Shown: in pieces, positions 8,834 to 17,900 of the stretch
How the letters are laid out: the number at the start of each line of letters is the position of its first letter
How positions within the stretch are numbered: position 1 is the first letter of the stretch
NCBI GenBank assembly: GCA_040904565.1
Contig: JBBDTI010000072.1
Location: 1 to 64,000, forward strand
Length of the DNA: 64,000 bases
Origin: Rhodothermales bacterium
Lineage (GTDB): Bacteria; Bacteroidota; Rhodothermia; Rhodothermales; VXPQ01
Direction: 5' to 3'
Notes under the pieces: model-generated
The model's input: the letters and a program-made list of their open reading frames with translations, nothing else
What the model was told of the DNA's origin: nothing
The model's database searches: none
Translations under genes and position numbers: made by a program

Positions 8834-9691
8834 ATGCAGGACCTCGCCGCCATTCACGAACCGATCACGGATCTTTTCACCGGCGGTGCCGCCGAGCGGT
8901 ACCGGCTGAGTGACGAACAGATCGAATTCTTCTGGGAAAACGGCTACGTGGCCGGCATGCGCGTCCTGTCGGACCGGCAGGTTGAGGCGCTCCGGTCGGA
9001 GCTCGAGCGTTTCTTCGACCCTGAGCATGACGGACGGGAGCTCTGGTACGAGTATCACGCGAACGAATCGGACGAGCCGGACAATGTATTATTCCACGCG
9101 CTCGGAGCGTGGCGCATCGGCGAGGGCTTTCACGACGTCCTCTGGAATCCGGCATTCACGGTGCCCGCTTCCCAGATCCTTGATGGGCCGGTCCGCTTCT
9201 GGCACGACCAGCTCTTCTGCAAGCCGGCACGCCACGGGGGCGTCGTAGCCTGGCATCAGGATTATTCGTACTGGACTCGAACTCAGCCCATGGCCCACCT
9301 GACGTGCTGGGTGGGGCTCGACGACGCCACGGTCGACAACGGCTGTATTCACTACATCCCAGGGAGCCACGAATGGGACCTGCTGCCGGTCACCGGTCTG
9401 GCAAACGACATGGACGCAATTCAACAGGTGCTGAGCGAGGACCAAAAGAGACGTTTCAAGCCGGTCGCGGTGGAGCTGAAAGCAGGCGAGGCGACATTTC
9501 ATCACCCGCGAATGGTGCATGGATCGTATGCGAACCGGACCGACCGTCCTCGCCGGGCCATGGTGATCAACGTCGTGCGCGACGGCGTCGCCTCGGCAAC
9601 GGATGAATCGCTCCTCGAAGGGGTGCCGCCGGTTCCGAAGGGGCAGCCGCTCCGAGGCCGATTCTTCCCGCTTCTGTACGCCGGCGCCTGA
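8834..9691 (+). CDS. Phytanoyl-CoA dioxygenase (PhyH) family Fe(II)/2OG oxygenase
   Basis: WHQD (HxD), [30 protein letters not shown]; probable start ATG 8834. Confidence 0.9.
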   Translation: MQDLAAIHEPITDLFTGGAAERYRLSDEQIEFFWENGYVAGMRVLSDRQVEALRSELERFFDPEHDGRELWYEYHANESDEPDNVLFHALGAWRIGEGFHDVLWNPAFTVPASQILDGPVRFWHDQLFCKPARHGGVVAWHQDYSYWTRTQPMAHLTCWVGLDDATVDNGCIHYIPGSHEWDLLPVTGLANDMDAIQQVLSEDQKRRFKPVAVELKAGEATFHHPRMVHGSYANRTDRPRRAMVINVVRDGVASATDESLLEGVPPVPKGQPLRGRFFPLLYAGA

Positions 9692-9726
9692 GTTCGGGCG
9701 TGGGCCCGCCGACATCCCGTCCAGCC

Positions 9727-9960
9727 TCAGGCCGCACTGAGAGCGAAGTGCGTGCGCGCTTCCGCGGCCACCTGCGCCGAATGATCCTCCGTCAGCGCGT
9801 ACAACACGTCTACGGCCGCGTCTTCCTTCACGTAATACGTCCGGATGCCGCGCACAACGACGAAATAGGGTCCATGGACGCTCCACGCGTCGATGACGCC
9901 GATTTCGGCCGCCATTGGCAGTAGCTGGATTACCGGCTTGCGGTGTATAGAATTCGACAT
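9727..9960 (-). CDS. Small hypothetical protein (77 aa), homologous to 43727-43939
   Basis: Purine-rich GAGGTGAGG immediately upstream of the ATG; ungapped similarity to the 70-aa ORF at 43727. Confidence 0.7.
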   Translation of the reverse strand: MSNSIHRKPVIQLLPMAAEIGVIDAWSVHGPYFVVVRGIRTYYVKEDAAVDVLYALTEDHSAQVAAEARTHFALSAA

Positions 9961-10293
9961 ACCTCACCTCGTTGGTCCTTGTGCGATCCTCTTGCAGAAG
10001 TATCGACGGCGGCGGCGTGGTTCTACATAGGCGAAAGCTCAGATTTTGCCTGGCTGAGTCTCCCGAAATCAGCCTCGGAAGATCCGCCTAGAGGCGGCGG
10101 CTGCCAACGACCGTGGATCCGGTTGCGTGTACCACTCTCAGGAGGTGCTTAGCCGGCGGTCAGTCCGTTACACTCGACCTCATCGGCCTGGGTCCACTCG
10201 ATGGAATTAACTATTCAACCGTCTACACGACGAACGTAGGAGCCACGGAAAACGAGGAGCGAACCGCATTTCTGCGGAGGTTCCAGGCCGGCG

Positions 10294-10752
10294 TTAGTCA
10301 AGCGGCCGCGCACGGACGCCCTCGAACGGCCCGGCAGGGCTGTCGCTGACGGCCACGCCGATGCCGCCAACCGCATCGTCGTGTTGAATGTCGTTGGCGG
10401 CGAAAAAGTAGTAATACCGGCCGTCCTTTTCTATAGCGGAAGGCGCCCACATCGCGCTGTCCGCCCAGGCGACGCGCGCCATATCGAGAATGCGCGGATG
10501 CTTGGTCCAGTTGACGAGATCGGGGGAGGAAAACGCGTCGAAGAACAGCTGCTCGTCGTAGGGCGCAGAATAGGTGGGGTACACCCAGTATCTGTCCTCG
10601 AAGATCAGCCCTTCCGGATCCGCATACCAGTCCTCTACGATCGGATTGCCGGCGCGGTTTTCTTCCTGGGACGGGCCGTCGGTAGCATCCGGTGGCGCGC
10701 AGCCCTGTATGACGAAAATCGCGAGCAGCAGCGGTAACAAGATCTGCTTCAT
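10294..10752 (-). pseudogene. Truncated GH43 family lipoprotein
   Basis: Lipoprotein-type signal (IQGC); NPIVEDWYADPE, WAPSAIEKDGRYYYFF, GIGVAVSDSPAGPF, then stop after 152 aa, about half a GH43 domain. Confidence 0.8.
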
Positions 10753-10956
10753 GGTTGGACGTGCAAGCACAATGATCTGCGGGATACGGTCATGACGACT
10801 CGACACAGTTATTAAAAGTAATAACTATAAAGGTCTTGGACCCCATCGAGCAGGCGCATGACGGCGCTATCCCATGCCACACCTGGTAAATCCTCAGGGG
10901 GTGGATTAACTTATCTATGCTGATATCTGCTTCCATTCCAACTCACCCCAGTATTC

Positions 10957-11892
10957 ATGAGTACGTTCAACCGCAGACATTTCCTGGCGATGGGCTCGGC
11001 TGCCGCCGCAGGCCTGCTCGCAGCCGATAGCGCCGCTGGACGCGATCCGCGGCCCATTCCCTCCATCCTGACGACGGCGCCGTTCGACAGGCCGATCTCT
11101 TTTCAGTCGTACGGCATGCGCCATCAGATCGAAGAGGATTTCACCGGCACGCTGGAGCTGGTGAAGGAGCTCGGCTTCGACGGCGTGGAGATGTGCTCAC
11201 CTCAGGGCAGGTATTATCGGACGGCCGGCTACGGAAATCTGACGGACGTTCCCCCGGCCGACATTAAACAGCAGATCGAGGACGCCGGTCTGTTCTGCCG
11301 GTCCGCTCATTTCGAGGCCCACGAGGTGCTGGAGGATGACCTGGAAAAAACGGTTGACTACGCGGCCGCTCTTGGGCTGCAGGACATCGTCATGTCCGGT
11401 TCGACGTTCGGGAACGACGGCACCGAAGACGAGATCAAGCGGTGGGGAGAGCGGTGCAACGAGGCGGGAGAGTTCGTCCAGGCGGCCGGCCTGCGGCTCG
11501 GCTATCACAATCACCAGGTCGGGCCCATGGTCGGCGAGAAGCCCCAGTACGAGCACATTATGGATGCGCTCGAGCCCGGCCTGGTCACCATGCAGTTTCA
11601 GCTGGCGTCCATCTCCGGGGGCTTCGACCCGATCTATTATCTGGAAAAGTATGCCGGTCGGTATTCGTCGCTGCACATTGCCGACTACGATCCGGCCATG
11701 AAAAGCCGGCGGGCGGGCAGGCTCGGCATGGTGGTAGCCGTGGGCGACGGAATGGTCGACTGGGCCGCCGTGCTGCGTGCCTCGATGAAAAGCGACATGG
11801 CGGATCACGGCTTCATCATCGAGATGGAGACCGAACGACCGCTCGAAGACCTGCGGAAGAGCATCGCCCATCTGAAATCGGTGTCCGTGTAG
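10957..11892 (+). CDS. Tat-exported sugar phosphate isomerase/epimerase (xylose-isomerase-like TIM barrel)
   Basis: NRRHFL Tat motif; GFDGVEMC, LGYHNH, LHIAD, VGDGMVDW, IIEME. Confidence 0.88.
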   Translation: MSTFNRRHFLAMGSAAAAGLLAADSAAGRDPRPIPSILTTAPFDRPISFQSYGMRHQIEEDFTGTLELVKELGFDGVEMCSPQGRYYRTAGYGNLTDVPPADIKQQIEDAGLFCRSAHFEAHEVLEDDLEKTVDYAAALGLQDIVMSGSTFGNDGTEDEIKRWGERCNEAGEFVQAAGLRLGYHNHQVGPMVGEKPQYEHIMDALEPGLVTMQFQLASISGGFDPIYYLEKYAGRYSSLHIADYDPAMKSRRAGRLGMVVAVGDGMVDWAAVLRASMKSDMADHGFIIEMETERPLEDLRKSIAHLKSVSV

Positions 11893-11947
11893 GAGGTCCG
11901 AGGCGCACCCGTAGCTCGCTCGTCTCACCTGCGGGCGCATGACGCCG

Positions 11948-14900
11948 TCATGATGACGGCCGGACTCTCGGCTGTACGACCACGTCGTGCCGCTCCCCGT
12001 CATCTGCGAGGGGAATTCCCGTTCCCTCGACGACGACTCCGTCGACGCGCACTTCCGCGGTGTGTCGGTCGATTTTGCCAGGCTCCCGGACGGTGATGGC
12101 GTATACGCTTCCGCCATGCCGATATTCGACGGCGTACTCCGGCCAGGCGGCCGGCGCATGGGGGTCGATAAAGAGGACGTCCCCCTCCCTCGTGAACCCC
12201 AGTATCGCCTCGAGCCCGACACGATACATCCAGCTTGCCGAGCCGGTGTACCACGTCCACCCGCCGCGACCAACGTGACCGGCGGCCGTGTACACGTCGG
12301 CCGCGACGACATAGGGCTCTACCTTGTAGGTGGCGACGTCTTCGGGAGTGCGCGTGCGAGTGAGCGGATTGATCATCTGGAAGAGCTCAAAGGCACGGTC
12401 GCCCCGGCCCTGTAGCGCCGTTGCGAGGACGCTCCAGAGCGCGGCATGCGTGTACTGCGCTCCGTTCTCTCGCACGCCTGGCACGTAGCCTTTGATGTAG
12501 CCCGGATCCAGCGTCGTTCGGTCGAAGGGGGGCGTGAGAAGCGGTAGGAGCCGGGCGTCATCCCACACGAGGTGCTCCTCAAACGATCGCATCGCCTGCT
12601 CGCTCCTCGCAGCATCGCCGGCACCGGAAATCACGCTCCAGCTCTGGGCAATGGCATCGATACGGCACTCCGCGGCGGCGGCTGAGCCGAGGGGGGTGCC
12701 GTCGTCAAAGAAAGCACGGCGATACCAGTCGCCGTCCCAGGCGTGTTCTTCGATCGCCGAGACGTAGGCGTCGCTCCGCACTCTGAAATCGGCGGCTACT
12801 GCCGCGTCGCCCCGCTCCTCGGCGTGTTCGGCGAACCGCCGCAGCGTCGTCACGAGGAACCACGCCAGCCAGACGCTCTCTCCTCGCCCCTCCACGCCGA
12901 CACGGTTCATCCCGTCGTTCCAGTCCCCGATGCCGATCAGCGGCAAGCCGTGTGAGCCAACCGTGCAGGCCCGATCCAGGGCGCGGCGACAGTGCTCGTA
13001 GATGCTCGCATGCTCGTCGGTGACGAGAGGCAGGTCGTACACTTCGTGTTCGTGCGGTTCGAGAGACCGCATCGAGAGAAACGGTACGTGGACGTCGAGT
13101 ACCGACCGATCACCGGTGACGCGCACGTACTGGTCGACGACGTAGGGAAGCCATGCCAGATCGTCCGAGAAGCGGGTTCGCACGCCTCGATCGCTGTGTG
13201 GATGCCACCAGTGCTGCACGTCCCCCTCGATAAACTGCCGGGCCGACGCGCGAATGATGTGCTCACGCGCTATCTCCGGCTCCGCGTAGAGGAATGCCAG
13301 TACGTCCTGGAGCTGGTCCCGGAACCCATATGCCCCGCCGCTCTGGTAAACGGCCGAGCGGGCCCACATCCGGCACGCGAGCGCCTGGTAGAGGGCCCAG
13401 TGATTGATCATGGCGTCGAAGGAGGGCTCAGGCGTTCGCACGGTGATCGCTGAAAGCCGGTGGGACCAGTCCTTCCGCGAGCGGGATACGGCCTCGAGAG
13501 CCGAGCTCCGGTCGCGATACTTTGCCAGGAGTCTGTCCGCGGCGTCCTCTCCTTCAGCAGCACCCAGCAGGAAGACGATCTCCCGCGACTCGCCGGGCGA
13601 CAGCTCCAGCATGCATTGAACGGCCGCACACGGGTCGACGCCGGTTTCGATCTCCCCGCCCAGCGTCGCCTCCCGCAGGCCGTGTGGGTCGGCCCGCGTA
13701 CCGTTTCGGCCGATGAACGCCCGCCGGTCGCTCGTGTAGTCCGATAGGGGCTCACTCAGGGCACAGAATGCCACATGCTCCGCGAAATGCGGATCGAAAG
13801 TGTTCCGAGCGAATATGGCTCCGACGTCCGGTCGCGCGACGGTCCGTACCTGGTGTTGTGTATGTTCACGGAGCGCGCCAAGCGTCCATTCCGCGTACCC
13901 GGTTACCGAAAGACGTCTCGGCCGGGAGCTCTCGTTGGTAAGTCGGATGACGGAGATCTTCACGGCGTCTTCCGGCGCCATCGCCATTGTGAGGTCCGTG
14001 GCGATCTCCGCGAATTCGTGACTGAAGGACGAGAAACCCGCACCATGCCGCACCGTGTATTCGACCTCTCGGCGGATCGGAGCGGGCGTGGCGCTCCAGA
14101 ACGTGCGGGTCTCTTCGTCCCTTACGTAGAGCACTTCGCCCGGGGGGTCGGTGACCGGATCGTTGTGCCATGGCGTGAGGCGAAAGAAATGGCTGCTCCC
14201 GGCCCATGCAGAACCGGCACCCCGTTCGGTGACGATGAATCCGCCTTGCGCGTTCGCGATGACGTTCGCCCACGGCGCGGGCGGCACCCGGTCGCCACAC
14301 ACACGGATCTCATACGTGCCTTCGGGCAGGATCGTGCCGAATCCATTTTCAAACACCGAAGCGGTATCGCCTGGCGGTAGATCCGCCGCATCCGGATGGG
14401 CCTCCAAAAGCCCGACCACGCCGTGCTCGGACGCGGACTCCGAGGGTACGATCGCACGCACTGACGGTGAAGACGACTCGGAATGTATGTCCAGAGAATC
14501 AGAGGATAGTTCCACCTCCAGAATGCCGCTCAGAGATCGGCCGTCACACTCCACGTGGACGGGGGCGGTGGCGCGGAGCATGAGGAGTGCGTCGGCGCCG
14601 AGCTCGTCGAGCCGCCGGATGAATACACCTCCCGAGCGATCGAGCTGGTCGGAGGCGTATGTGGCGTAGAGCATCGCCACGATGGATTCGTTCAGTTCCC
14701 GCAGGTACGAGGGGGAGTCGGCATTGAGGATCACGAGGTCGACCATCATGCCGCGCCGCCGCCAGTAGTGGTGCGCGGATAGCAGCTCGCGGAGGGTCGG
14801 CAGGCCGTCCGACGACTTGATCACGGCGACCAGAATCGGCCAGTCCCCCGAAAGGCCTAGCGACCAGAGGAGCGGTTGCGACCCGCGGTTACGGTCTCGC

Positions 14901-17900
14901 TCCTCTTTCGGAGCACGCAGGGAAGGAGACGGGTAGAACAGGCGACCTGCCAGCGCCTGAAATGCGGCGGCCTCCGCAGGCGTGGTGCCCAGCTCTCGCA
15001 GCTCGACCTGGGTGGAGGCCCATGCGAGGTCGAGCGCACGCTGCGCGGCGTGTGAATCGTGGTATCGGTCGGCGAGCTCGAATGCCCGTTCGCGCGTCGT
15101 CGCGACAAGTGTCGTGAAGGCGGCGCCGGCCGATTGTCCCGGCTCCAGGTGCAGCCGGACGCGAAGGGCGAAAATCGGGTCGAGGACGGCCCCGGTCGTT
15201 TCCGAAAGTGGTCCGTCGGCTTCCAGTGCGACGGGATCACGTGCCGAGCGTCCGCGGCCGATAAATCGGGCACGATCGGTCTCGTACGATACGGGCTCGA
15301 CGTGTTGCTTGTTGGTGTCAACGACATGTACGCACCAGAGCGCGGGCTCGCTCGCCGACCGGGGCCGGCGCGTCGCGGTAATGGCCGTACACCACGCGTG
15401 CCATTCCGTCTCGACAAAGAGATTCGAGAACGCCGGGTGTGCCCGCTCGGCGTCAGGCCCGGCCAGAACGATCTCGCCATAGCTCATCAAAACGACGTCG
15501 CGCGGCGTTTCACTGCAATTCGTCACCGTGACGCGGCGCACTTCCGCCGAATCCTCCGGCACCACCGTGATCTCCGTGTGCGTCTCGATGTCACGGTCGA
15601 CGCGTAGGAACGATACGCGGTCCGAGGCGAGCAGCGCCCGATACTTGTCGGCAGGTGCACAGACAGGCTGATGGGCGGCCGACCACACGTGCCCGGTCGA
15701 CATGTCCTTCAGGTAGCAGAACTGACCGGTCTCGTCCATCGTCCCGTCGGCACGCCATCGAGTAACGGCCAGATCTTCGTAGCGGCTATACCCCCCGCCG
15801 CCGTTCGTCACCATGATCGTGTACGGCAGGCGGCCAAGCAGACCCACGCGGGGTTCCGGCGTCTGGGGCGTCTCTAGCTCGCGCACGACCGGCTGCTCGA
15901 GATCGGGATCGGGCAACCCCTCGCCGGCCCGTGTCGGCTGCGGCGGCTGAAGGACGAGACGTCGCGGAATCCGTTCGTAGAGAAGCAGCTCCGCGGCGCA
16001 CACGAGCGGGTCGCTATGGAAGCGGCTCTGCCAGAGCTGCCCCTTCAGAACATTTGCCAGCGCGACAAGCCCCATTCCTATATGGTGAGCCATGTAGTTC
16101 CGGACGACCGCATAGCGCCGGCCCGGATCGGGGCGTGTGTAGTCGAGAGCGTCGTGAAAACCGTAGGGTCCGAGCGTCCCCATCGAATCCAGCCGGTCCA
16201 GATTGCTGAGCGCCGGCTGTGGGTCGACCATCATCGCGAGGGCGCTGGCATACGGAGCGATCACCAGGTCGCCTCCCAATCCTCGCTTCAGGGCGAGGTC
16301 CGGCACGCCGAAGGCCCGATACTGGTAGGTCAGATGGCGGTCTCGCAGATTGTAAGCACTTTCGCTCATTCCCCACGGTACGCCGGCCGCTTCGGCGTAC
16401 GCAATCTGCCGGCGGACGGCTCCCCGGTACGTCTGGCTGAGGAGGGTGACGGGGAACGAACGCATCACGAGCGCCGGCATGAGGTACTCGAACATACTGC
16501 CGCTCCACGAGACGAGTGCCGTCTCTCCGGCAGTACGTGTCAGGGTGCGGCCCAGGCTGAACCAGTGTTCGACGGGGACGTCGTTCTTCGCCACGGCGAC
16601 GAAGCTGGTAAGGCGCGCTTCGGAGGCCAGGAGATCGTAATACGCCCCGTCGAACGTGTGGCCGCTTACATGATACCCGATCGAGAAGAGCTTCCGATCG
16701 TCGTCGAAGAGAAAGCGAAAATCCATCTCCAGAGCGTACTTATACGCCCTGTGCGCGAGGCCCTCAAGGCGCGCAACCAGCGTTGTCGCAGCCGTAGACG
16801 AAGCGGCGCGCCGCCGCAGCGTGGGCGGTCCGGAATCCGAAGCGGAAATCGGCATTTCTTCCTCCTTCCGCGCGGCATCGATCCGTCGGATGACCCACTC
16901 CAGCCATTCTGAGGACGAACTCCCGTCATCGTGGCCCGCCTGCTGCACGAGGCGGAGTGCCTGCTCGACAGGCTCCGCGACGTCGTCCAGGTCCTCCTCG
17001 GCCGGGGAGGCGAGCACCTCGCGAGCGCGCCGCACCTGCTGCGCGGCACCTTCCTCAGAGCTGCCATCTAATCGCTCTTCGGCCAGCGCCAGCGCCGTCG
17101 CAAGGGCCTTCTTCGTACGCCCGTCGGAAAGAGGGTCGTCCGGAATCGTGAGACACGCCTGGCGCAGCGCGATCAGGTGGCCTGCGAGATTGCCGCTGTC
17201 TACCGTCGATATATAACTCGGCTCGAGTACGTTCAGATTATCCAGATCGTACCAGTTGTAAAAGTGGCCTCGAAACCGCTTCATCCGTTCGAGCGATCCG
17301 AAAACCTGCTCCAAGCGCTCCGTCATCTCGTGAGCCGTGACGAATCCGAGGTCGTATGCACTCGTCGTGGCCAGAAGCTGCAGACCGATATTCGTCGGCG
17401 ACGTGCGCATCGCAATGATGGGTTCGGGATCCTCCTGGAAGTTGTCGGGAGCAAGCCACTGCGTCTCGGCGCTCACGAACCGGTCAAAGAATCGCCAGTG
17501 CAGGAGTGCGTAACGAAGAGCGCTCCGTCGCCCACTCGAGGAGAGCTCTTTCTCCGGCACCCGCAACGGACGGCCCAATGCGTGAGCGACAGCCGGCGAG
17601 GCCAGCCAGAGCCCGACGAGCGGCAGCACGGCAAGTATGCGCCGCCAGAGCGGCGAGATGGCGACGTCCGGATGCTCGACCACACCCCCATAGACACCCA
17701 TCTCGAAACCGGCTGCCACGACGAGGATCGCGGTTGCCAGCACGGTTACCGGCCGCATCGTGCGCCAGACGTCGACGCTCGAAGCGGACATGACCCGCTC
17801 CGTGGTCGAAGCCGTCTGCCACTCCAACAGATGCCGGCGAGAGATAGAGACGCGCCAGAGCGTGCGGAATATCGCATCGGCCGAGATGATAGCCTGGTGC

